Assembly: GCA_963753345.1 (NCBI GenBank)
Contig: CAVWBU010000016.1
Coordinates: forward strand, 64,001-128,000
DNA length: 64,000 nt
Direction: 5' to 3'
Origin: an uncultured Fibrobacterota bacterium
Lineage (GTDB): Bacteria > Fibrobacterota > Chitinivibrionia > Chitinivibrionales > FEN-1185
Positions 27,401-34,790 of this stretch are shown here, piece after piece. Below the pieces are notes generated by a model that saw nothing but the letters and a program-made list of their open reading frames with translations, did no database searches and was not told the DNA's origin. Every line of letters begins with the position of its first letter. Within the stretch, counting starts at the first letter, position 1. A program made the translations under genes and the position numbers.

Positions 27401-30144
27401 ATTCCTTTGATGGACGGGTCGAGCGCCAGCGCCTTGCGGTATGCCGCAAGCGCGCCGGAATTTTCCTTCTGCGCATAGAGAAGGTCGCCCAGGCTTTTCT
27501 GTGCCGATGCATCGGACGGCTTGAGCGCAAGATATTTGCGCAGATACCCCGACGCCTCGGCGCCCTGCGAGGAGTCCTGCTGCGCAATGGTGTACAGGAG
27601 CTTGAACACTTCCGGATTGCCCGGCGTGAGGACAGCGAGCTGGTTGAGCGTGGCGGAGGCTTTCTTGTAGTTCTTTGCGAAGTAGCACGCCTGACCATAC
27701 TGCATGAGAAAACCCGTACGCTTGGTGTCTTCGCCGCTCACCATGGCAAAGTACTTTGCGGCCTCGTCGTAATTCTTCTGCTTGAAGGCGTACGATCCCA
27801 CGGCCAGCGCCACCTTGGAATCGTCTTTCCGCTTGTCAAGATACCTCTTGTAAATGGCCGCCGCCTCGGCCTCCTTGTTCTGCCTGGTGTACAGGTCGCC
27901 GAGAGCCTTGAGCTCGTCGACGGCCGCGGGATTGAGCGCGACCACCTGCTCGTAGGTGACCACCGCCGCGTCAATGGCGCCCGTTTTCGCCTGGCACTGC
28001 GCCAGACCGGCAAGCACCGGAACGTCCTTGGGATTCTTTGCAATGGCGCTCTGAAACAGATCTATCGCCTTGGTGCAGTTCCCCTGCCGCTGGTACGAAA
28101 GCGCGAGCGTCGCATACATGTTCGCATCGGCCTCGCCGGCGGCAACGGCACCGGCAAGGGCGGCGGTGAGCTCTTCACGCGGACCGCGCGTCATGATGAT
28201 TTCGGCGTACTGTTTGTAAAACCCCTTGATCGTCGGATCAAGCTTGATGGCGGCGTGGAACGCTGCGAGCGCCGCGTCGAAGTTCTTGACATCGTAGTAC
28301 AGGAGCCCGAGGTTCCGCTGCGCCACCGGGTCTGCGGCATTGAACGTGATGTACTTCTTGAGATACGTCGCCGCCGAGGCCTTGTCGCCGCTGTTGAGCG
28401 TTATCTCGTACAGGCTCTTGAACACCTCGGGGTTCTGCGGGGTGAGCGCGGAAAGCTCCTTGTAAATGTCGAACGCCGCCTTGTAGTCCCGCTGGGAAAG
28501 TTCGTACGCGCCCAGGCGCAGGCGCGACTCAACGTTGGTCTTGTCGAGCTCGATCACTTTCTTGTCGGCATAGGCCATATTGACCATGTCGTTGAGCTTT
28601 TTATAGCAGTAGGCAAGCTGTTTCCAGTACTCGACCTCGAACGGCTTTTTTCCCACGAGGACATCAAGCTGTTCCTTTGCCTCCTTGTATTTGTCGCTTC
28701 TCAGGTACCCCTTCGAAAGCACCATCCGCGGCTCCATGAGCGTGGGGTCGAGCCTGACTGCGGATTCCGCCGCGTCAATGGCCTTGTCCCACTGTTCGAG
28801 CGCGGACGCGGCCTGGGCGATGCCCGCCGCAGCCTTCACGTTTCTGTCGATGAGATAGCTCTTTTCGTAGTATTTCAGCGCGTCCGCGTACTTCTTCGCC
28901 TTGAGGTTGTAGTCGCCGAGCGTGATGAATATCTTGGGATCGTTGGGACTTATCGCAATTATTTTTTCGTACACTTTATTCGCCTTGTCGGGCATGCCGC
29001 TCTTCGTGTAGAAATCGGCAAGGTGCGCATATGCCTCGACGTTCTTGGTGTCGGTCGCGACGACCTTTTCCATGCACGCAATGGCCCTGGCGAAGTTGCC
29101 CGTACCGCTGTACGCATCTGCGAGCAGAAACTGAATGTCGGGAACCCGTGTTCCATCGGAATCCGCCGCTGCGATAAAGCGAAAATGGACAAGCGCGGAC
29201 TCGAAGTTTTTCTTTCCAAGGTCGTAGTTTCCCGCCTTGAGGTGCGACGTGATGGCCTCCGGGGACTTGTCACCCGCAAAGGCGTCCGCGGCCGCACGGT
29301 AGGCAGTAAGCGCGCTTTCTGCGCTGCCGGTTTTTTCCTGCGAAACCGCGCGGTAATACTGGTCCATCGCTTCAAGTTTTATCTTGCTGGCGATTTTCTC
29401 AAATTCATTCGCCGCGGCGAGGAACTTGTCCTTGAGGTAATATGCGCGCGCAAGCGCAAGGTTGGCGGCATACAGATTCGGGTTCCGGGCAATGGCGTCC
29501 TTGAGGTAGTAAATGGCCGAATCGAGCCGGTTCGCTTCAACGAGCGACCTGCCGATTCTGTATGCGTCGTCGGCGTTGGGCTGGGAAGCATAGGCAACCT
29601 TGAGCAGCGGTATTGCCTTCTTGTATTCCTGTTGCTGCCAGTAAATCTTGGCCAGTCCCCTGCTCGCGGCCGCGTTTGACGGATCTGATTGGATCACTCG
29701 TTCGAGCGCTTCCTTAGCCTCGTCCGTTTTCTTGAGCGCTATGCATGCCTTGGCGTATTCCCAGCTTGCCTCACCCGTGGCCTGAAGGTCCATGGCCTTT
29801 TTCGCGAACATCGCGGCGTTGTCGGGCTGGTTCAAATTATTGTAGACACGCGCCACGCCAAGCTGGGCGTCGTAGCTCTTGACGTCCATGCGCGACGCGA
29901 CCAGAAAACAGGCGAGCGCCTTTTCGGTGGTCCCGAGTTCCTCGTTGGCGATGCCGACCTTTACCCACACGTCTGCGGTGCGCACGTTGGACGGCAGCTT
30001 CGAGTCTGCATAGGCAATGGCGTCCTGGTACTTCTTCGACCGCACGAGCTGGTCGAGCGTAGAATCCGCAAATGCGGCAAACGCGACCGCCCCGATTCCG
30101 AATGAAAGGAAAAAAACGCGAATACTCCCCCGGCGTATCTTCAT
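24430..30144 (-). CDS. Giant secreted tetratricopeptide repeat protein (1904 aa)
   Basis: Signal peptide, continuous TPR motifs, and about four copies of a ~272-aa super-repeat. Confidence 0.9.
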   Translation of the reverse strand: MKIRRGSIRVFFLSFGIGAVAFAAFADSTLDQLVRSKKYQDAIAYADSKLPSNVRTADVWVKVGIANEELGTTEKALACFLVASRMDVKSYDAQLGVARVYNNLNQPDNAAMFAKKAMDLQATGEASWEYAKACIALKKTDEAKEALERVIQSDPSNAAASRGLAKIYWQQQEYKKAIPLLKVAYASQPNADDAYRIGRSLVEANRLDSAIYYLKDAIARNPNLYAANLALARAYYLKDKFLAAANEFEKIASKIKLEAMDQYYRAVSQEKTGSAESALTAYRAAADAFAGDKSPEAITSHLKAGNYDLGKKNFESALVHFRFIAAADSDGTRVPDIQFLLADAYSGTGNFARAIACMEKVVATDTKNVEAYAHLADFYTKSGMPDKANKVYEKIIAISPNDPKIFITLGDYNLKAKKYADALKYYEKSYLIDRNVKAAAGIAQAASALEQWDKAIDAAESAVRLDPTLMEPRMVLSKGYLRSDKYKEAKEQLDVLVGKKPFEVEYWKQLAYCYKKLNDMVNMAYADKKVIELDKTNVESRLRLGAYELSQRDYKAAFDIYKELSALTPQNPEVFKSLYEITLNSGDKASAATYLKKYITFNAADPVAQRNLGLLYYDVKNFDAALAAFHAAIKLDPTIKGFYKQYAEIIMTRGPREELTAALAGAVAAGEADANMYATLALSYQRQGNCTKAIDLFQSAIAKNPKDVPVLAGLAQCQAKTGAIDAAVVTYEQVVALNPAAVDELKALGDLYTRQNKEAEAAAIYKRYLDKRKDDSKVALAVGSYAFKQKNYDEAAKYFAMVSGEDTKRTGFLMQYGQACYFAKNYKKASATLNQLAVLTPGNPEVFKLLYTIAQQDSSQGAEASGYLRKYLALKPSDASAQKSLGDLLYAQKENSGALAAYRKALALDPSIKGIYKRYFELATALGVQTDISAALSGAINAGEADAGMYASQGNTYQREAQYAKAIQMFQKSLATDPKNTAVLMALASCQVKAGNSAEASVTYEQVLALSPQDARVNKLLGDMYLAQNKKDLAIATYKKYLDKQPKDYAVAYTIGEYAYTNKNYDEAAKYLGMVAGTETKTSAYLSMYAYSCYQKKDYDKAKDLYAQLAILTPNNPDVYRILYTIAWQDSSQRTAAAGYLRKYLALKPSDATAQKNLGDLLYERKEFPGALAAYKKALALDPTIKGIYKRYFEMATEQGLSAEVSAAVKGAIAAGEADAAMYNAQGIVYEKQGLYPQAIQMFQKALASDPKNTALLMALGACQVKTGNTTEAAVTYEQVIAVNPQEMRVYKLLGEMYLQQKKQDQAVTVYKKYLEKQPKDYAIAVFVGQDAFKNKNYDDAVRYFGMVAGEDARKVSFLNAYAQACLQKKDYDKAKELLRQVAAIEPANADAYKSLYDIAMHNNEKEAAIAYLKKYIAINPHDADAQKDLGDYLYDQKDLSGAFLAYRTALSIDPSVKGVYKRYAELVVARGTPEEVVAVLTKMVASGEADASTYATLGSIYEKKMLYPKAMASYNKALSLDQKNTALLSSLARCQLRSGNTADAIVSYQQVVAINPDATQECKVLGDLYMKEQKRDDAIEAYKKYLAKSTTNDPDIALLVAEDEFKKKNYEETIKLLNKAVKEKGEDVEFLFLYGRAYYYAKDYRKSADIFERLHGLSKSGKAKNPHNAVTLRMLADSYEKTGDNANAASAYAAYVKLPDVNDPEASYRRAQIEESLNPASAARIYEENLAKNPKDYRNYLGAGLLYAKQPANLEKAAMLLKKGLSLKDTLPLMWIEIGKIYGKLGKPKLETEAYQTYIQHDATNPDACEDIGITLLNRRLFNDAMVFLEMANALKANTPDYMYQLARGYVKTDRLTDALPLLEKAEKLKQDDEKIKSLYNFVLQKASGGKTTTGKQDANTDW

Positions 30145-30360
30145 GGCTCTCCCCTTATGTATAACTGCTGGAAGCTGACATCACCCATTGCACGGCGCAA
30201 AACGGAAAGAAACTCAGAAAAGGCATTACCTGTAAAATTACTTTTTATACCGCTTAACTCCCACTGGAAAATAACGGAAAGGCAAAATTGCATGTTTTGC
30301 AATATTTCCAAGCCGCATGACGTATGTATCGTGGACACCAGCAAAGATTATTTTAGGTCG

Positions 30361-30742
30361 GGAAAGAAGGTCGGGCAATCGCTCCTATTCATCGGAGAGG
30401 AAAGTCCGGGCACCACAGGACAGGATACCTTGCGTCAAGCAAGGGACTCCGGGAAACCGGGGTACGGAAAGTGTCACAGAGACCAGACCGCCCTTCGCGC
30501 GGAGCAATCCGTGCGGGGAGTGAGATGTGAAAAGGCGGGGTAAGAGCCCACCGCGCTTCCTGGTAACAGGGAGCGGCTGAAAAACCCTATCCGGTGCAAG
30601 ACCAAGCATGAAGGAGGCGCCCGTAAGGGCGCGGAAGCTGTCCGTTTCCAATTCCTTCGGGTAGGTCGCTCAATGCCCAGGTGAAAGCCCGGGCCAGACA
30701 AATGATTGCTAAAACAGAACCCGGCTTACGGACCTTCTTTCC
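30361..30742 (+). ncRNA. rnpB: RNase P RNA (bacterial type A)
   Basis: P1 GGAAAGAAGGTC/GACCTTCTTTCC; GAGGAAAGTCCGGGC; GGAAAGTGTCACAGA; GGTAAGAGCCCACC; AACAGAACCCGGCTTAC; followed by a T run. Confidence 0.96.
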
Positions 30743-30820
30743 TTTTTTTTCCGGCCGGCAGCGCCCGCAGAGCTCGTTTTCGATGACATCTTTTTTTCAC
30801 GGCGGCCGCCCAATCACCCA

Positions 30821-32227
30821 ATGAACCATCTCCCCGCGAAAATCCTCCTCCTGTGCCTCGCGATGCCGCCATGCGCGTTCTTCTCCGTCAAGGCGGATAC
30901 GCTCGAGCTGCTCGAACCGGCCGTGCCGGCCGATTCCATGCTCTCTTTTCCCAAGAAAATCGTGGAAATCAATTACTGCGGCAACCGCGTCACCAATCCC
31001 CGGATGCTGCGGCTGTACCTCGGCATCGACACGGGCATGGTCTACGACTCCGTCCTCATCGCGGCGGGAAAAAAGCGGCTCATGGACACCTACCTTTTCT
31101 CAAAAGTCGAGGTTCTCCGCCTGCAGAATGCCGACGGCGTGCATGTGTGGATTCTCGTGACCGAATTCTTCTACTGGGTTCCCACCGGCGGCGGCGAAAT
31201 AATTTCGGGAAGGTACGGCGATTCAAGCCAGGTCTGGTACCGGCTGCGCCTCGGCGTGAGCCTGCTGAACTTCCGGGGGCTTTTCGAAACATTTACGGTA
31301 AGCGGTTCGGTATGGGACGACAAGGCGCTCTCCCTGTCATGGAGCAAGCCGTTGGTCCCCTCCCCGTACAATTTCAGCATCGGCGCCGCGGTGGAAGAAT
31401 ACCCCGACGTGAGTTTTCCACGGAGAAGGTTCGTGGCAAACAGCAGGGTGTCGTTCGGACGAAGGTTCTTCTCGAATTCGAGATCGTATTTGTCAATAGC
31501 ACCCACCTACAACAAGATCACCCGCATCGACTCGACCGACGTTTCGAACAGCCGGGTGAGCTACGAGGAAGTTGTTACGCAGTGGGGATGGGTGACGGAC
31601 AGGAGAAACACCTCCTTTGACCCCACCGCGGGCTGGTCCATCCATACCGCGCTCAACACGAACGCTGTCTACGCCGGACTCAACAACCCCTATCTTCAAT
31701 GGATGAACGACCTGAAACTGTACCACGGCGGTTTTTTCTCTGCAGACCGTTTTGCATGCCGTCTCACCTTGACGCTCCGGACCAACGACGCCGGACCGTA
31801 CCGGGCCCTGTACATCGGCGGCGACGGGTCGGTGCGCGGGTGGGCGCGCGACGAACTCGGGCGGTCCGCCGTCATGAACGACTTCGCTGTTGCGTCGGGC
31901 GAATACCGCTTCCCGATCTGGCGACCCACACCGTCCTTCGACGTGCCGATGCTCTGCGACTACGCCCCGAGTCTCAGGGGCTTCTATCTCCGCGCGGACG
32001 GGGCGGTCATCCTTGACGGAGGCAGCATCTGGAGGGACATTGAACACCCCTTTGACGTCCACGAAAACGGCGAAGGCGTGGGGTTCGGGCTCAGAATCAT
32101 GGCGCCAACGCTCCTCCGCTGTGCATGCTTCGACGTTGTCTGGCCATTGCAGGGAAGCGAAAATCCCCTGCACATCCGGTATTCCCTCACCCCCGCCTTG
32201 TACTTGTATCTTGACATGTACTATTAA
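30821..32227 (+). CDS. Omp85/BamA-TamA family protein with a single POTRA domain
   Basis: Signal peptide, GNRVTNP POTRA, NFRG, loop-6 motif SVRGW, SGEYRFP, GVGFGLR. Confidence 0.85.
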   Translation: MNHLPAKILLLCLAMPPCAFFSVKADTLELLEPAVPADSMLSFPKKIVEINYCGNRVTNPRMLRLYLGIDTGMVYDSVLIAAGKKRLMDTYLFSKVEVLRLQNADGVHVWILVTEFFYWVPTGGGEIISGRYGDSSQVWYRLRLGVSLLNFRGLFETFTVSGSVWDDKALSLSWSKPLVPSPYNFSIGAAVEEYPDVSFPRRRFVANSRVSFGRRFFSNSRSYLSIAPTYNKITRIDSTDVSNSRVSYEEVVTQWGWVTDRRNTSFDPTAGWSIHTALNTNAVYAGLNNPYLQWMNDLKLYHGGFFSADRFACRLTLTLRTNDAGPYRALYIGGDGSVRGWARDELGRSAVMNDFAVASGEYRFPIWRPTPSFDVPMLCDYAPSLRGFYLRADGAVILDGGSIWRDIEHPFDVHENGEGVGFGLRIMAPTLLRCACFDVVWPLQGSENPLHIRYSLTPALYLYLDMYY

Positions 32228-32330
32228 AGTTGAGAAGTTGATGAGGGAATCCGTGTATGCGTTGATGCGTAAATGCGTGAATAAAGTGAGGGAGCGGCGA
32301 GTTGATGGTTATAAAAGCGATACCAACGGT

Positions 32331-32359
32331 TTGACATGCTGCTCCGGAAACTGTATTTT
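32331..32359 (+). promoter_or_regulatory. Putative sigma70 promoter of the U32-reductase-cyclase operon
   Basis: TTGACA-17 nt-TATTTT, then GGAGG RBS before ATG 32386. Confidence 0.55.
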
Positions 32360-32385
32360 CTTGAGGCTCCTACGGAGGCTCCTTA

Positions 32386-33684
32386 ATGAAATTCTCGGTT
32401 GCGTGCAACTTCGATGTCGCCCTGCTGGAAGGCCTGAGGCCCTATCCTGTCTACGAACTTTTCGGCAAGTTGACCGTCGATCACTTCGGCGGTGGGCGGC
32501 CGTCATTCTATCTTCCGGCGGTGAATTCCAACAGGCTGAAGGCATACGTCGACGCCTGCCATTGCCAAAAAATCGCCTTCAATTATCTGCTCAACGCGTC
32601 AACCATGGGCAACGTGGAATTTACGCGACAGGGGCAGCGAAAGTTTACCGAGATGCTCGAGTGGCTCGACGCCATGGGCGTCGACTCGATAACCGTATCG
32701 AGCCTGTTCTTCCTCAAGATCATCAAGAAGCGGTGCCCGCGGATCAAGGTGCGAATAAGTTCTCACAGCTTCACGGACACGCCGCGGAAGATACGGTTCT
32801 GGGCAGACTCGGGCGCGGACTACATCGTGATTTCCGAAGTGGGCATCTACCGTGAATTCAAGGTGCTCGAGGCCATGCGGAAAGCTGCGGGCGACGCGGT
32901 CGAACTGCAGCTCATCGTCAACAACTGGTGCAGGCAGGACTGCGCCATTGCCGGCATTCACGCGGCCGCTCTCAACGCCGCCTCGCAGAAGAATTCGCGC
33001 GGATTCCCGCTTGACTACTGCTTCATCTACTGCAATTATCTTCGTTTCACCGAGCCGGTCAATTTTGTGCGCGCCAACTGGATACGCCCCGAAGACCTTC
33101 ATTATTACGAGGACATCGGATACGAGAATTTCAAAATCGTCGAGCGCAACACCCCCACCAAGATCCTTGTGGAGCGCGTCAAGGCCTACTACAACCGGCG
33201 CTACGACGGGAACCTTCTCGATATGCTCCAGAACTACGCCTACCCCCACGAGAAGTTCTCGGAACGCGAGCTGGAATACTTTTCGACCTGGCGCCTGATC
33301 AAATATTTCCTGAAGCCGGCGGCCGTAAACCTTTTCAAGTTCATAAAGGTGATCAAGATCGGAAAGACCGCCAGCATTCTGTATCCGCTGCATGGCCCGA
33401 ACCCCGTTTTCATTGACAACCGGAAGCTCGACGGTTTTCTGGAGCGGTTCCAAGCAAGCGGCTGCGCGTCCCGCGATTGCAACGAGTGCCGGCACTGCCA
33501 TTCGTGGGCCGACAAGGCGGTGGCCATCGACCCGCAGTGGAATTCCGCACTCAAGGAAGTTTTCGACGAACTCCTGGGCGAATTGCACTCCGGCGCGTTC
33601 TGGGAACCGTATTACAAGTCGGCCGTCGGGTTCACCAAGAAGATGTCCAAGAATCTGCTGCGGCGCGCCGTGCGTTCCGCGTGA
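32386..33684 (+). CDS. U32 family protein (Fe-S, divergent subfamily)
   Basis: FGGGRP, FNYLLNA, GVDSITVS, LQLIVNNWCRQDC...H...YCFIYC Cys set, WIRPEDLHYYEDIGYENFKIVER (equivalent to the U32 KIEGR). Confidence 0.82.
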   Translation: MKFSVACNFDVALLEGLRPYPVYELFGKLTVDHFGGGRPSFYLPAVNSNRLKAYVDACHCQKIAFNYLLNASTMGNVEFTRQGQRKFTEMLEWLDAMGVDSITVSSLFFLKIIKKRCPRIKVRISSHSFTDTPRKIRFWADSGADYIVISEVGIYREFKVLEAMRKAAGDAVELQLIVNNWCRQDCAIAGIHAAALNAASQKNSRGFPLDYCFIYCNYLRFTEPVNFVRANWIRPEDLHYYEDIGYENFKIVERNTPTKILVERVKAYYNRRYDGNLLDMLQNYAYPHEKFSERELEYFSTWRLIKYFLKPAAVNLFKFIKVIKIGKTASILYPLHGPNPVFIDNRKLDGFLERFQASGCASRDCNECRHCHSWADKAVAIDPQWNSALKEVFDELLGELHSGAFWEPYYKSAVGFTKKMSKNLLRRAVRSA

Positions 33685-34787
33685 TGAAAAGCGACATCCC
33701 GATTTGCGTCATAGGCGCCGGGCCGTGCGGCTCGACAGCGGCACGGTTGCTCTCGGAGAACGGCTGCCGATGTGTCAAGCTCCTTGAAAAGAAGTCCTGG
33801 CCAAGGCCCAAGACGTGCGCCGGCGGTATCGGCCCCCGCGCACGTGCGTGGCTTTCCCGGCAGGGTCTGCTCGCGGATCTCACGCCCATGGCAGCGAGAA
33901 TTTCGAGTCTCTATTTCACGGCGCCGTCGGGCAGGAGCGCCCGCCTCGTCTCCCCGGGCGAGATGGCGCTGGTGGTTCCCCGTGACCGTTTCGACGACTT
34001 CCTGGTACAGCGAGCCGTACATGCCGGCGTCGATTTCAGGCCGTCCGTGAAAGTTACGGCAATTACTCGCCGCAAGGACGGCGTCGTTCTTTCGACTTCA
34101 GAGGGCGACATCGAAGCCGCCGCGGTCGTTGTTGCCGCCGGTGCGATAAGCGGCATTCCTGGAGCGAGCCCTTCCGACGGCCGCACCCTCTCCTCGATCA
34201 TGGTGCGCTATGCCGATTTTCCGCACAATCCTTCCGAGATGGAGATGATCTTTCCCTCAATTATTTCGCCGTTCTATGCATGGCTTTTCCCCGAGCCGGG
34301 CGGCAGCGTTAACATTGGAATGATCACGCGTGGTACGTTAGGGGCCTCGTCGCTGCATGAGGTGTTCGACGGTATCCTCGAACGGTATTTCGGTTCCCGT
34401 ATTTCTAACGCCCGGCTGGTGGGCCATCGGACAGGCGCGCCGGTCCGATGCTCTGGCCGTGTTGGACCGATGGTTGACGGCCGCGTATTGTGGGCGGGCG
34501 AAAACGCGGGGCTCGTTAACGGCGCGACCTGCGAGGGAATTCCCTATGCCCTGGAAAGCGGTGAGCTTGCCGCTGCCGCGATCGCCAGGGCGGCACCCGG
34601 GAACCTTTTCGACCAGAAATCCCTATGCTCCTACCAACGCGCGGCGCAACGCCGATTTTCCATGCCGCTTGGTCTTGCCGCGGCCTTCAGGGCCTTTATT
34701 GGAAGCGCGGCGTTTCCTCCGGCCGCCGACCTGGGCACACTTCCCCTATTCCAACGCCTCTCGGCTTTCGTGCTTGCAAAGGTATAG
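33684..34787 (+). CDS. Geranylgeranyl reductase-like FAD-dependent oxidoreductase
   Basis: VIGAGPCGSTAA, LLEK..WPRPKTCAGGI, RDRFDDFL, YAWLFP, GENAGLVNGATCEGIPYALESG; TGATG overlap with the U32 gene. Confidence 0.85.
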   Translation: MKSDIPICVIGAGPCGSTAARLLSENGCRCVKLLEKKSWPRPKTCAGGIGPRARAWLSRQGLLADLTPMAARISSLYFTAPSGRSARLVSPGEMALVVPRDRFDDFLVQRAVHAGVDFRPSVKVTAITRRKDGVVLSTSEGDIEAAAVVVAAGAISGIPGASPSDGRTLSSIMVRYADFPHNPSEMEMIFPSIISPFYAWLFPEPGGSVNIGMITRGTLGASSLHEVFDGILERYFGSRISNARLVGHRTGAPVRCSGRVGPMVDGRVLWAGENAGLVNGATCEGIPYALESGELAAAAIARAAPGNLFDQKSLCSYQRAAQRRFSMPLGLAAAFRAFIGSAAFPPAADLGTLPLFQRLSAFVLAKV

Positions 34788-34790
34788 AAC

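Noticed and set aside
24325-29679. Long plus-strand ORFs (392, 412, 474 aa) opposite the TPR gene, and similar ones at 2586-3974 and 60685-62184
   Set aside because: Antisense shadows of GC-rich coding sequence, with no motifs or RBS.
30157-30701. Short ORFs around 30.2-30.7 kb
   Set aside because: They overlap the RNase P RNA gene.
33684-34787. Canonical squalene epoxidase
   Set aside because: Lacks the GDA..xxHPLTxGGM pattern and has the GGR-type KxCxGG and EGI..A..SG motifs. A divergent oxygenase role is kept only as an alternative.
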